A stretch of DNA of 64,000 nucleotides from Paraspadella gotoi (lineage: Eukaryota > Animalia > Chaetognatha): the NCBI GenBank assembly GCA_051294375.1, contig CM119267.1:21211755-21275754 (forward strand), written 5' to 3'. Numbering within the stretch: the stretch's first letter is position 1; each line of letters starts with the position of its first letter. This document shows positions 41,849 to 56,459 of this stretch, one piece after another. The notes under the pieces are model-generated. The model did not search any database, was not told the origin of the DNA, and saw only the letters and a program-made list of their open reading frames with translations. A program made the position numbers and the translations under genes.

Positions 41849-42206
41849 ACTCATCAAGTCCAATCAGTAAATAAACATTACTCATTAAATAAGTATTTCA
41901 ACTAAATCTTTCTATATTCTCTCTCTCTCTCTCTCGACTCTCTCTCTCTCCGTCTCTCTCTCTGTCGCTCTTTCTTTAAAATTCACTCTCTTCTTTTCAA
42001 ATTGAAAAGGAAACCGATTTTCATATGCCTCAAACTTCTATTCACAGTCTTTCCTTTCGTCGTCGTCGTCGTCGTCGTCGTCCGTCGTCGTCGTCGTCCG
42101 TCGGTCGTCATCGGTCGTCGGTCCTCAAGTTTTTCGTTTTTCCTGTTGTCATTGTTTGTTGTTGTTTTGTTGTCCTTGCCGNNNNNNNNNNNNNNNNNNN
42201 NNNNNN

Positions 42207-43489
42207 CTCGCCCCTTATCTGCGGCGGTTGAAACCAGATTGCTGATTGCGCTCTTGACTGTCTATCTGAGTGACTTGTGGCCAATGGCCTGGACCGCTCA
42301 CTGCTTTACCAAAACATTAGAAGCGGCGAGAACTCGATTGGGAAGACTGAGGTATCCTGCCTGCCCCACCACGCTGCCCCCGCCGTTCTCCGAAAGGGAT
42401 ATGCCGCCGCTTCTGGTCCCCCTAAACATCATGGCAACGCGCCCGTCTGATGCTAGGAGCCGTGGCGGAGTGCTCGCTGGCTCCTGTTTTTCCAAACGCC
42501 GACGATGAGGTACTAAATAACAGGTTGTGATTTTAAAAAGGGGTTGGAAACAAAAAGGACTGAGGCTTTTCTTAAGCTGTTATCTAAAAACATTCTTTCG
42601 AGCAGTTCATGGACGGTACGGGGTGAGTTGTGAGCCAAACAGCTCCTGGCGCTTTGAACGAGACTTCATTCACTGGACGACGTCGATAGGGGGAAAGTTT
42701 CGTTTGCGCCCGGCCTTCTGGCCGTCTTCCTTTCGAAGAAACTCACTCCTGAGCGTCCGGCACCGGCACACCAGGCGATAGTGTGTTCCAACACTTCCGT
42801 TTTGGTTTCTACATTTTGAAGCTCTTATTTCTTCAATCACTTTCTTAAATTGTTCACTAAACATCGGTTTACTTACCTATCCCTCCATACCTTATTTCTT
42901 CTATTTTCAATTTCAACTTCTTTAATCTCATTAATTGTATTTTACATATGTTACTATTAGCTTCTCAACTATTAAGTACGTTTTCGTCGACGTACTCCTC
43001 TCTTATTTTATCTTCATACATTGTTTATACGATTAGTCAGAAAAAATGTAAAGATCTTTTCTGCTTCTTACCGCTGTCTCTCTCTCTCTCTCTCTTATTT
43101 TCAAATTTCATCCCAACTTCTTCCCTGATTTCTTACCTCCTTCTGTCACCCGTCTCCGTCCCTTTCAGTAAGTCCTGACCACTGTCCCTCATTGCTCAAT
43201 TCCGTTTGTTGAAACTTCCCTCTTTTTCTCTCCTCTCTCTTCTGCTCTCTCCTCTCTCTGCTCTCTCTCTCCATCTCTCTCTCCGTCCCTGATAACCTAA
43301 TGTTAAAGAGTAAAAATATCTGATTGTCATAACTGATGAAGAACTCTCTTAAAACTCAATAAGAGTCAAACATGTCCCCCTTAACCATAATACAATTTCG
43401 TTGATAAAAACAAATAAATTGTTTTTTTTCTCACCCCTAAAACTTCAAATCGCCCTGACCCGGCAACGAAATTGATAGTTATATAGCAC
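42207..43489 (-). mobile_element. Third, partial copy of the Penelope-like element (5' RT region + inverted pLTR)
   Basis: Starts after a 25-N gap at the DKG motif (CTCGCCCCTTATCTGCGG, equivalent to 22168). The inverted pLTR runs from ~42809 with the same downstream flank. Confidence 0.82.
43322..43390 (+). ncRNA. Hammerhead motif in inverted pLTR, third copy
   Basis: CTGATGA(43333)-AGAACTC..AAGAGTC-AAA-CATGTC; again lacks the G of GAAA. Confidence 0.55.
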
Positions 43490-43560
43490 AAGGTTAAGAG
43501 AATTATTATAAAAATGAGGACCGGTAGGCGTTTGTAACACAAGTAGCCCGTCTTTCTTTT

Positions 43561-43601
<41 letters not shown>

Positions 43602-43861
43602 ATCCGTCGAAACGATTAAAAATAGAAAAAAATGTCGCCGACCAAAGTGACCTGACCGTCGCCATCTTGTTTACATCTCGAGTAAGAGTCCTCTTGTTTT
43701 GTAGTTCCGACTCGGGCCGCCGTCCGCTTTTTTGTCGCTGCCGTCGTCCGCCGTCGCCATGCGACTCAGACGAAAGATTAAGAGATCTTTTGTTTCTTTC
43801 TCTCTCCTCATTTTTCAGCCATTTTCTCTCGGCCTTCCAATTGCCTAATCCTTGAAAGGAG

Positions 43862-43960
<99 letters not shown>

Positions 43961-46900
43961 TGAATTAGTCGCAATGCTTCCACAGTCTTATTTTCCGCTG
44001 CATAATTTGAACTTTTTACATGATAAATTTTGTTGCAAAATTAAGTCAACAGAGATATTACTTTTTTTTACTCAAATAACATGAAAAATGTCAATATTTA
44101 ATGTGAAATATCGTCTCCATCTGTACGCGATATTTTTGTTGGGTTTTACTCGTTTACTGTCGTCTTTACAAAAAAAAATTCTAAATTACTCGTTTTATTA
44201 TCATAGAAAACTAAATTTAAAATGAATATAAAAGTGAACAGTGTGCAACAGAAACGGTGGATGGGCGCATAAATTTGTTTTGGGATTAAGATTTAATGAT
44301 TAAGGTTATTGTTAAAGCATAGACTACACAGTATAGACTGTTAGGTTTTATGTTGAATGTAAAGAAAGTTGTATGTCAGCGAAATACCTGAGACTTTTAG
44401 GAATAATAATACTCTTACGTACACTCTACACGCTTCACTTACGTATATATTACGCCTTACTATTACGTATTATTTGTTTTTATTTGATTTCCTAATCTCC
44501 TGATTTTTTTATTTACAAATTCGTTTTCTTTGTATTCGCCATTCTCTACTTTCGAATCCGTAGTCATTTTAGGATTCGTGTTGAAAAAAAAGAAAAAAAC
44601 TTACAAACGAGAAGAAAAACAGCGTCGCTCGATGAAAAATTCACCTCCGCTTAGAGACGAGATGAGACGAGGGAGGAGACGAGAGAGAGACGAACAGAGA
44701 GCGATGAGTTGACTGAGATAGAGAGGAGATGGTCGAGAGAGCGCGAGCAGAGAGACGATGGTTAGGAGTGAGATGATGGAGAGAGTATAGATAAATATTA
44801 GTTAAAATTATAGGAAGATAAAGAACAAGAATGAGGAAAGACAAATTGCTGGAAGAAAAAGCGTGCTGAAAAATAATAATAATTGAGGAGAAAATTTTGG
44901 AATCTGGTTTTATGCCGTGGCATAGGAAAAACAGAGAGAGAGAGAGAGATGAAGAGATAGAGATGAGAGGATTGAGAGAGAGAGACGAGAGAGAGATGAG
45001 ACGAGAGAGAGAAGATACGAAGAGAGACGAGAGAGTAGAGAGAGGGGTAGTAAGGAGTTGGTAGAAAAAGAGCGAAATTCCCGGATTCATGCCGTCGTTT
45101 TTCTTTCCTCTTTCCATTTTAATCTCAGCGTTTTCATTTCTTTCTAAAACTTTTTTTTTCTGTTTTTTTTTTTTTTTTTTGAATGCTTCGGTGCTTCGCG
45201 TACAATGACTGTAAATTATTTAATTCGGTTATTATTTTGTTATCCGCAATCATATTCGTTCTTTTCGACAGTACGAGTAGGATAACGATTAATTAATTCT
45301 TCTTTTATATGATTTAATTTTTCACTGCTATTCTGATTTCATCTATTTAGTGTATGCGTTCTAATTTTTTCATCTATCAACTTCTCGATTTTATTTTGTT
45401 TTCTTTAGGCTTAAATTTCGGTTCATTTATAGAATCAGTTCACTTCATTCATTCATTCCATTCTATTCCTTGCGAGGTCGATTCCATGTGGGGTCAGACT
45501 TGTTTTGTCGTCGCTTCTGTTCCTGCGGTGAGTGGAGCGAACTGTGATTACGAAATGTTGCGCCTCGCTGCGTGTTTTTTTCTTTCTGCTTCCGTCTTTT
45601 GGTTTTGCATTTTTTATTTTCACATTCTTTCTTCTTCTATGTCTTCTATTGTTTGTTGCTTATTTCTTGTGTTTTTTTGGTTTTTCCTTTTCCGCATATT
45701 TTGCGTTTGTTTAGAAAAGTGAGCGTTACCCTCTATCTAGCCGCTTTCTCACTTATCTTCTTTTATTTCTCCTTTCTTTCGCTCTCTTAAATTCTCACCT
45801 CTCTTCTCCTCGCTTCTCCACCTCAAAACTCGAATCTCCTAAATAAAAAAAAGAAAAAAAAGAAAATGAGAAAACACGATAACAAAAGTAGAAACGGGCG
45901 GTGGCAGATCCTTGCTAGGAAGAAGACGGCCTGCTGCGGGACCGAGCCGCTGCCTCCGCGCCGCCCTGGCAGCCACCTCTGCGGCCGCGGGGAAAATGTC
46001 GCTCTGGAGCGAGCGGAGAGGCCGCCTCCCCGCCGAATTCACTTAGTCGCAGGCGCGAACATACGCGCGGATGCGGAGGTGAGGGCGGATTGGGTGAGTC
46101 GATGTGTCCGGCGGATTGGTGCGTCGTGGCTGCAAGAAAATGTTGAAAATGCAAGCTGCGGTTGTTTTTTAGGATTGTCTTTTAAGAATTTTGATAAGTT
46201 CTCAGTAGATTTTAAACAAAAGAGTGATGACAATGAAGCGACTCAAAACTGGTAATAATGCGTAAGAGATGATCACGAATATATATGGTAGTCGTTTTGT
46301 CGATATTTGGTCGTATCTGCTTGAAAGCTTGCAGGGACCTGCGTAATCGATTATCTTGTGTAAGATCTGATGGAGGCCTTGAAAACCACTCAAATGACCT
46401 GTCCAAAGTTCTTATGGGCAAGAATTAGCTTATGTTATTAGTGGAATGTTGCTGCATAATTTTTGTATTGGTTGTAGTGCACGTTTCATGATAGTAACGT
46501 ATTATCACCTTTCTTATCTGGGACTATGGAGGGAGAACTATTTCGAACGACCAACCAGATCGACGGACAACGGAAATTGATTAAGAGATGTGAAAAGCAG
46601 ATTTTAAGATGGAGCAGTCATAAGTGGTGAGCGTCACCGCCAAGAAAAAAAAAAATTCGCGTCTGGTTGGATGTCGAAAGAAAGTAATAAAGAAAGATAT
46701 TTTCAATACGTTAATATGAACCTGTGTTGAATGTAGATATTCAAAACGAAGAATACTAAAATGTAATAAAAGCGTATATAGTGATGGTTCTTGTAATAAA
46801 AGGAGAGAGAGAAGGAATACGTCTGAGGAAAGGGAGTGCGGGGAAATGATAAAAGTTGAAAGAAGACGGGTGGGGTGGTGTGGCGAGGGTGTGGAAGATA

Positions 46901-48414
46901 GAGGAGAGAAGCCGAGACGGTGACGGAGAAATTGATTATCGCGTTTTGTGTGAGTGCGCGAGAAGAGAAGAGAGAGAGAGGAGGAAGATCTCTCGTCGGT
47001 TTNNNNNNNNNNNNNNNNNNNNNNNNNTGAGGCGGATTGGGTGAGTCATTTCCCGGATGTCGTCGGCTGCAGAAAATTTAAAATCAACTTCGGTTGTTTT
47101 TTTTAATTTTCTTTTAAAATTTTGATAATCTCGAGTTAATTTTAAACAAAAGTATGACAATGAACGACTCAAAAACTTAAAACGTAAAATATCAAATATA
47201 TATAGTTTTTGTCATATTTATCGTATCTGTGAAAGCTTGCAGGGACCTGCTATATCATTATCTTGTAAGATTGATGGAGGCCTTAAACCACCAAAACCTG
47301 TCCAAAGTCATGGGCAAGATAGCTTACTTATTAGATGAATGGATAATTTTTGTATTGGTTGTATCACTTTCATATAACTATTATTCACCATTCTTATCTG
47401 GGACTATGGAGGAGACTATTTCAACGACAACAACGACGACAACGAAATTGATTAAAATGTAAAACAGATTTTTAAGATGACATTTCATAATGTACTGCGA
47501 CCCAAAAAAAAAAATCGCGTCTGTTGATGTCAAAAAAATAAAAAAAATATTTTCAATACGTAAAAACCTTGAAGAGAAAAATACGAAGATACNNNNNNNN
47601 NNAATTATTTTTTTAATCGGTTATTATTTTTTTTTACCTGCCAATCATATTCGTTTTCTTTCGACAGTCGAGTAAGATAACGATTAATTAATTCTTCTTT
47701 TTTTAAAATTTTATATTTTTTTCATCATCTATTCTGATTCAGTTATTATTATGCGTTAATTATTTCATCATCAACTTCTCGATTGATTTTTTTTCTTAGG
47801 CTTAAATTCGTTCATTTATAGAATCATTCATTCATTCCATTCTATCCTTCATTCATTCCATTGGCAACTTGTCTTGTCTCCCTTCCTTCTTTATTTTTCT
47901 TTTGTTTCATCTTACATACCTCTCTATCTCTATCTGCCCCTTCTAACTTATCTTCTTTTCTTTTTTCTTCTTTCCTCTCTAAACTCACCTCTCTTCCCCT
48001 CCTTATCACCTCAAAATCGAATCCCTAAAAAAAAAGAAAAAGAAGAAAATGAGAAAACACATAACAAAGATTAAAACCGTGAATCCTTCTAAAAAACGGC
48101 TGCTGCGGACCGAGCCGCCTCCGCCGCCTCAGCCACCGCTCCTGCCGCGGGGAAATTCGCTCGAGAGCGAAGCCCCTCCCCGCGAATCACTTACTCGGCA
48201 GCGCGAAATTACGCGGATGCGGAGTGAGGCGGATTGGGTGAGGCGGATTGGGTGAGTCATTTCCCGGATGTCGTCGGCAGCAGAAGATTTAAAATCAACT
48301 TCGGTTGTTTTTTTCTTTTAAAATATTAAATTTTAAACAAAAGTATGACAATGAACGACTCAAAAACTTAAAACGTAAAATATCAAATATATATAGTTTT
48401 TATCATATTTATCG

Positions 48415-48540
48415 TATCTGTGAAAGCTTGCAGGGACCTGCTATATCATTATCTTGTAAGAGTGATGGAGGCTTTAAACCACCAAAGCCTGTCCAAAGTC
48501 ATGGGCAAGATAGCTTATTTATTAAATGAATGGATAATTT
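48415..48540 (+). mobile_element. Dispersed SINE-like family ending in a (TGAA)n-type tail
   Basis: The block CTTGCAGGGACCTGCTATATCATTATCTTGTAAGAGTGATGGAGGCTTTAAACC..CCTGTCCAAAG..TTATTAAATGAATG recurs at ~5800, ~13740, ~25785, ~37700, ~46325, ~47230 and inverted at ~60520-60680. A tail-only remnant is inverted at ~4345. Confidence 0.55.
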
Positions 48541-48937
48541 TTATATTGGTTGTACCAATTTCTTATCACTATTATTCACCATTCTTATCTGGGATTATGG
48601 AGGAGACTATTTCTATGACTACAACGACGACAACGAAATTGATTAAAATGTAAGACAGATTTTTAAGATGACATTTCATAATGTACTGCGACCAAAAAAA
48701 AATCGCGTCTGTTGATGTCAAAAAAAAAATATATATTTTCAATAGGAAAAAACCTTGAAGAAAAAAATACGAAGATACAAAGATATAAAAACGTAAAGAC
48801 TGTGAAATAAAATAAAAAATACTCTAGAAAATCGAGGGAAATTATAAAAGTGAGAGAAAAAGTTGGGTTCACGAATGTGAAAAAAGAGGAGGACCGAACG
48901 GTGACGAGGAAAAATTGATTTATCCTTTTTTTACGCC

Positions 48938-49069
<132 letters not shown>

Positions 49070-49242
49070 GCGGTGAATAAGAATGAGACAGAGTCGCGAA
49101 ATGGAAGAATAAGTGAGAAGCGGAGGAACAAACGTGACTCCAATTTATCGCGCAATAAATTAAAGGTGGAAAATGGAAAAAAAGTAAAAATGACTTTTTT
49201 TTCTAAAAAAAAAAGGGAAATGGAGGATAAATAATAAAAATG

Positions 49243-50180
49243 GAGCTCTCTTTTCCGAGAGTGCCCCATTTCTTTTTATTTAACCCAGAATTTAATTGTA
49301 ATCTTAATATTTAATATGAATAGGTTTTAAAACCTATAAACAAGTCACTAACCCTAATCTCTAATCCTAATCTCTAATCCCTAATCCTGAACCCTAACCC
49401 TAAACTCTTATGCCTTACTTCTAACCCTAACCTTTAACCATTAATACTAGTCCCTAACCTTAATCATATAACCTAATCCTTAACCTAATCCCTAACCTAA
49501 ACCTTTAATTTAATGTTTAACTAAAATACTAAATAACTATCTAGGAAAAAAGTTAGAAACATTTTTAATTGAGGATATCTACTCGAAAACTTGTCGATTT
49601 TTAAAAAATCAGAATGTTTCAGATTCTACACTAAAACTTCCTTTCAGTTGCTTCCTTCCATTTTTTCGTAGATCCAACCGTATAGAAGTAGAGGCAAAAT
49701 AAGATTGCTACCTCAAGTGAAAAATGGCGGAAAAAAATCGCCTTTAGTTTTCCCACAATTCTTGAATGAGTTATTTGTTTCTATTTCAAATTTGAGTTAG
49801 TTATTTTTTTCATTTTTAAATTTGTTTTGCGAAATAGACAGCCCCTCTCTTTGGTTCATAAAGGTTGCAATTGTATCTCTGAGAAAAGAGGGAAGACGCG
49901 CAACAATTCATCAGCAATAAACTGGAATCCCTCGTTCCACCATTGAAAATTTTTACGGCGATACAACAAATCAAAAACATTTGTGTCAGCTTTACGAGCG
50001 ATGCCCAGACGATGCAGCAGTGGTCGATGCCGAGGAGGGCATACAAATATTGAGAATGTGTTTTACCATGTTTTGTATATTTTTTATTGAATAAATGAAC
50101 TTTTAAAAAATAATTTTCTTTTTTCTAATATGTAATTCAAAATTCAAGATAAAATGGGCACTTTCAGGGAAATAAGGCGT
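49243..50180. mobile_element. Longer version of the same TIR element with ~600 bp extra internal sequence (possible Mutator-like relic)
   Basis: Same flanks and TIRs (TTTTCCGAGAGTGCCCCATTT ... AAATGGGCACTTTCAGGGAAATAAGGC) as 26486-26820, but ~49531-50133 is absent from the other two copies. Confidence 0.5.
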
Positions 50181-51040
50181 CGTTTTGTCGTCTCTTACAG
50201 ATTTCGAAATAAAAATCTATAAAAACATAATTAGAAAATTTGACTGAACGAAATGTATGAGAGAAAGAGAGAGAGACGGAAATTATAGTCGGGCGAAGCG
50301 TACTATTTTCTTCACCCTACTTTTTTGCTTAATTTAATTTCTCACCTTTTCTCATTATAAATACAAATAATAGCAAACACTTGAATTGCTAAGAAAGTTA
50401 ATTGTTGTTTTTTGTTATTGTTTGTTATCTTTGAATTTTGATCGAGATTCATATTTTCTGTCCGACTCTTTTTTCTAAGAGTGAAATTCAGAAAAGGATT
50501 CGCGCGTTTCAATCTTCATTGCGCAGGCATTGTGTTATACTTGTTTTTTCGTTCAAAGGCCTTATTCTCTCCTCTTTCTCCCTCTCTCTCTCTCTCTCTT
50601 CTTCTCTCCTACTCTCTCTACTTCTCTCTCTCTCTCTTTCAATTTCGTCAAAGAAGAAATCACGATCAAGCAACATAAACGAGCAGAAAACGAATTTTTT
50701 TCGACGGTCTTACGAATACCTGAGCAACAAATCTCTCTCTCTCTCTCCTCTCTCCTCTCTCTCTCTCTTCTCTCTTCTCTCTCTCTCATTATGCTCTTCT
50801 CCCGCTTTCTTTTTTCTTTCTTTCTTCTTTTCTTTCTGATTTCTTTCTTTCTTTTCTTTTTCTTCTTTTTTCTTTCTTTGCTATTCTTTCTTAATTTCTG
50901 TCTTCTTCTTCTGATGCTCTCTCTCTCTCTCTCTCATCTCTCTCTCACTATGCTCTCTCTCCTCCGCTTCTTTCTTTCTTCTTTCTTTCTTCTTTCTTTC
51001 TTCTTTAATTTTGGTCTCTCTCTTTCTCTGATGCTCTCTC

Positions 51041-51080
<40 letters not shown>

Positions 51081-51108
51081 ATTGCTCTCTCTCCCGTTTC
51101 TTCTTTTC

Positions 51109-51150
<42 letters not shown>

Positions 51151-51403
51151 CTTTCTTTCTTTCTTTCTTTTCTTTCTTTCTTTCTTTCTTTAATTTTGCT
51201 CTCTCTTTCTCTGATGCTCTCTCTCTCTCTCTCTCGATCTCTCTCTCTCTCACTACTGCTCTCTCTCCCGCTTTCTTTCTTCTTCTTCCTTTCTTTCTTC
51301 TTCTTTCTTTCTCTTTCTTTCTTTCTTTCTTTCTTTTCTTTAATTTTGTCTCTCTCTTTCTCTGATGCTCTCTCTCTCTCTCTCGTCTCTCTCTCTTCTC
51401 TCT

Positions 51404-51434
<31 letters not shown>

Positions 51435-52994
51435 ATCTCTCCTCCTCTCTTTTCCCTCTCACAAGGGGGAAAGTTTGATAATGTGGACCAGATAAGTTAT
51501 CCCGACATTTCGATAAATGGGACAAGCGCCTGTTTTACGATGTTTGTCATTTTGAGGCCCTAAACCCTGAAATTGTCGCTCGAAGGGAGATAAACAAAAA
51601 AAAGTTTTGGAGAGATGTGGAAACGACGACGACGACGACAACGACGACGAAGACGACGACGACAACGACGACGAAGACGAAGACGAAGACGAAGACGAAG
51701 ACGACGACGACGACAACGACGGGGAGGATGAGGTGAACGTGAACGTGAAAAGCCATGATTGTGAAGACATAACAACAATAAAGTCCCTTTTGACAACAAA
51801 AATTCTATAAGTTAATTTCAATTAATCATTATGAGAATAATTCTTAACGGAAACTAAAAAAATAAAAAATTTAAATTTTTAAATTTCTTTACACAATTAT
51901 TGTGAATTTTACAGCATTTTAGGTATTTAGGTATCTTAATAAAAATCTTTTTTCAAAAAAAAAGGGTTACCACTTATATAACTCTATTATACCTTTATTC
52001 GGCTAAGTCGTAAGAAAAAAGTACACCATCCCTCAACTACTGTTTCATGCAAATGAGATTAAAGGAATTTTCCTAATTTTTCCGTGACAATTTATGATGT
52101 GAAAAACTTTTAATGTAATATAAACGCCAATAGTAATTTTTTAGTCTCTTTGGGCTTTCTTCCCCTTGCCTCTTTCTTTCTTGCAGTATTCCACTCTCTG
52201 CTTGAGTAAAAAAGAAAAATGATAGAGGACACCGAACCGAAGAAGAAGAAGAAGACGACTACGACGACGACGACGACGACGACGACGACTAAAAAAAGGC
52301 AATGACTTCCTCGATCCTCTGTACCAAACTCAATAACGCCGTCGACGGTGATTTGCGTTTAATTAATGGCGGGGAAAGATTATTCATCGAATAAGCCAAT
52401 TATTAATTCCGTTTTAAAATTCTGAGAAAATATGTTATTATAAATTTATAAGTGACCTTTGTCAAGTGTTTTGTAACAAACATAACGTAATTTTAACACT
52501 TAAGAAATATTATTTCAATTCATTGTTAATAAACTTGACTGTGAGAGAGTATCTTTTGAAAGCATTCATGGTCTTGCTATTTTATTATCTTATATGAATG
52601 GAGGCTTTAACTCACTATAACACGTCCAAAGCAAGTGGCAAGCTTGCTATAGCCTATAATTTCAGCTAAAAAAGGATTAATTAATAAATAATTCAATCTC
52701 TAGTTGATAAAAATTAGAAATAAACAACAACTCGAATGAGACAAATGTAAGAAACAACGACGACAACGACGACAACAGCGCCACGCGGATCATCGGCGCC
52801 GTTTTCTTCATCGCCTGCATTAAACGCGAGCGCCACCCGCGACTCGAAGCGGCGTCAATCTCGCGTCGATTCCGCCGCCGGATTTTGACGGTTTTTCCGC
52901 TCGGCGCCTTTAACGAATACTCCTTTCCGTTTTTACGATCCGGTTCTTGGTTTCGTCGGAGCTCTCTCTCTCTCTCTCTGCTCTCTCTCTCTCA

Positions 52995-53051
<57 letters not shown>

Positions 53052-53125
53052 ACTCATCAAGGTCCAAATCAGTAATTACTTACTCATAATAAGTATTTGC
53101 CTATCTTTCTATATTCTCTCTCTCG

Positions 53126-53169
<44 letters not shown>

Positions 53170-53258
53170 TCACATCATGAGTCAAATCAGTAATTACTTA
53201 CCTCATTAAAAAGTATTTGCCTAAGGTCTTTCTATATTCTTCTCTCTCCCTTCTCTCT

Positions 53259-53316
<58 letters not shown>

Positions 53317-54423
53317 TTACTCATCAAGTCCAATCCAGTAAATAAACTTACTCATTAATAAGTATTTCAACTAAAATCTTTCTATGATTCTCTCTCTCTC
53401 TCTCCGACTTCTCTCTCTCTCCGTCTCTCTCTCTGTCGCTCTTTTTAAATTCACTCTCTTCTTTTCAAATTGAAAAGGACGATTTCAAGCCTCAAACTTC
53501 TATTCACAGTCTTCTTCTTTCGTCGTCGTCGTCGTCGTCGTCGTCCGTCGTCGTCGTCGCCGTCGGTCTCTCTCGTCTCCTAAGTTTTTCGTTTTCCTGT
53601 TGTCTTGTTTGTTGTTGTTTTGTTGTCCTTGCCGNNNNNNNNNNNNNNNNNNNNNNNNNNNNNNNNNNNNNNNNNNNNNNNNNNNNNNNNNNNNNNNNNN
53701 NNNNNNNNNNNNNNNNNNNNNNNNNNNNNNNNNNNNNNNNNNNNNNNNNNNNNNNNNNNNNNNNNNNNNNNNNNNNNNNNNNNNNNNNNNNNNNNNNNNN
53801 NNNNNNNNNNNNNNNNNNNNNNNNNNNNNNNNNNNNNNNNNNNNNNNNNNNNNNNNNNNNNNNNNNNNNNNNNNNNNNNNNNNNNNNNNNNNNNNNNNNN
53901 NNNNNNNNNNNNNNNNNNNNNNNNNNNNNNNNNNNNNNNNNNNNNNNNNNNNNNNNNNNNNNNNNNNNNNNNNNNNNNNNNNNNNNNNNNNNNNNNNNNN
54001 NNNNNNNNNNNNNNNNNNNNNNNNNNNNNNNNNNNNNNNNNNNNNNNNNNNNNNNNNNNNNNNNNNNNNNNNNNNNNNNNNNNNNNNNNNNNNNNNNNNN
54101 NNNNNNNNNNTTCCTATTTTTTTTCAACTTCTGCCGCCAGGGGCGCATGTGGCGTCGTTTTCTACCTGAACATGAAACAAATGACGCCCGAGGGATCGAG
54201 GCGCCGCTCATTATTCAACGCCGCAACCGATTTTTTTTTTCTCTCTCTTTCTCTTTTCGGCGGCGACGAAGCTTGAGGGAGTTTAGGCAACGAGAGGCTA
54301 GGAAGATGACGACGACGAAGAAGACGATGACGACGACGAAAAAGATAACGAAGACTAGAATGACGATGAAAACGACGACGAAGACGACCATGATGAGGCT
54401 TGAGGGGCTTTTGGCAACGCGGC

Positions 54424-54457
<34 letters not shown>

Positions 54458-55258
54458 AGAAGATGACGATGAAAACGACGAAGTCGATGATGACGTTTTA
54501 ATCTGCGAATCTCGAGTTTTCGACGTCGGACGCGGCGTCTCCCACTTCCGGTTCCACGCACGCTCGAACGCGGCGCCAACGCGAGTGGAAATTCGCCATC
54601 TTTACTCCCTCTCTATTTCTTTTCACTATCTCCTTTCACTTCTCTNNNNNNNNNNNNNNNNNNNNNNNNNNNNNNNNNNNNNNNNNNNNNNNNNNNNNNN
54701 NNNNNNNNNNNNNNNNNNNNNNNNNNNNNNNNNNNNNNNNNNNNNNNNNNNNNNNNNNNNNNNNNNNNNNNNNNNNNNNNNNNNNNNNNNNNNNNNNNNN
54801 NNNNNNNNNNNNNNNNNNNNNNNNNNNNNNNNNNNNNNNNNNNNNNNNNNNNNNNNNNNNNNNNNNNNNNNNNNNNNNNNNNNNNNNNNTCCCTCTATCA
54901 CCCTTCCTCTCTCTATCTTTCACCGTCTCTCTCTCTCTCTCCCTCTCTCCCTCTCTCCCTTCACGTTCCCTCATTCTGAGTGAAATCATTCAAGTGTCGT
55001 GAAGATGCCTCGTGACTCGTCTAAGCTTCGCAGGTGTCAAGAGATGCGGCAAATTTCTCTTTTTTTCCCTCGAAAAAAAAAACGGGTTTTATGTTAAAAA
55101 AATTTTATAAGATGATTTTTTAAAAATTGTTAACTCAAACTTTATTTTGCAATCGAGATATATTTTTCTTCGGAAAGTTTGTTTAACTTAACCATTCTGA
55201 CATTTAAAAAAAAGGTTTTCCGTTGCCCTCATANNNNNNNNNNNNNNNNNNNNNNNNN

Positions 55259-55309
<51 letters not shown>

Positions 55310-56459
55310 TCGGCGGTTACCACGGAAACGCGATAAATCGGTGGAAAACCCCGGTCTCCATGGCAACGGATGGAACCGGTGACCCGCTTAGGATTATGTG
55401 TCGCACGGTTTTTTTTTTTTTCCGCGAGAGAGAGCCGAGGAAGGAAAAGGGAATGAGGGAGAGAGAGAGAGGGAGAGGAGGGGAAGGAAAAGGAGGAAGG
55501 AAGAGAGAGGGAGAGGGGAAAGAGAAGGAAAGAAGAGGGGAAGGAGGGAGAAATAGAAGGGAAGGAAGGGAGAAAAAAGGAGAAGAAAGGTGGAGAAGGT
55601 GGAGGCAGGGAAAAGAGAAGTGGGAATGAGAGAGGAAATAGAGCAAAAGGAGAGAGAGAGGATAGGAGAAAGAGGGAGAGGGAGAAGTGCATGGTATCGC
55701 TTTTTTAATATGCATTAACCAAGGAAGTTCATTACTCGTCCCTGGCTTTGGACTCTCTCCAAAATATCCCATAATTCCAGCGTCGGATGAATTTTTTTAA
55801 ATATATATTCCTTTTTAATCGGAAAATTTTAACATTCCTTTATAAATGCAAATATAACATTTATCTTATCAAGTTAACACTACATCGTGAATGTTTTAGT
55901 CCTTGTGAAATAAAAAATGAATTTAAGAAATTGAAACGACGTTTGATATAACATATTGGAACCACCAAGACATCAGGGCATGACTGCCAAATCATACTTT
56001 CTTCATTGATGTTATATCTTTGGTCTTGACTTGCCGGCAGTAAATAATAAGAATTAATAACCTCTCTTTATTAAAGAAAAAGCTACTTTTCTGTCATCCT
56101 CAAAGGCTCCTTCGAAATATAGCTTTTTTTTTATAAATAAAACGAACTTATTAGTTCTTATTATTTTACTGCTCGCAGGGCAAGACCAAAATTGTCAGAA
56201 TGACAATTTTGAAAAAAAAACTACATCAAACTTTCCGACTCGTTGTAATTAAGTAAAACGACGATCGATCAAGTAAATTCTACACCTTACCTTTTACCTT
56301 ATTTCTGATCTCAATCCACGCACTTACCCTCGACTTAACTTACCCTCTTTCTCTTTCTCGCGAACTTACCTCGCCTCTCCCAGACTTTTCGTCGACGACC
56401 TTCGATCTTCATCCTCCTTTTCTTTATCCTCATAATCGACCCCAAATTTTTTTTTCACC

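Larger units (their letters stand above)
30292..42181 (+). repeat. Tandem duplicate of ~18687-30266
   Basis: Identical ORF translations at offsets 11595 and 11915. Both copies end at TGTCCTTGCCG followed by 25 N. Confidence 0.95.

Noticed and set aside
53504-54989. ORFs of 189-278 aa
   Set aside because: They are open only because they run through N gaps.
55945-56020. GATATAACAT...ATGTTATATC inverted repeat as pre-miRNA or snoRNA
   Set aside because: Only a 10-bp AT-rich stem with an unpaired interior, and no canonical C/D or H/ACA box arrangement.
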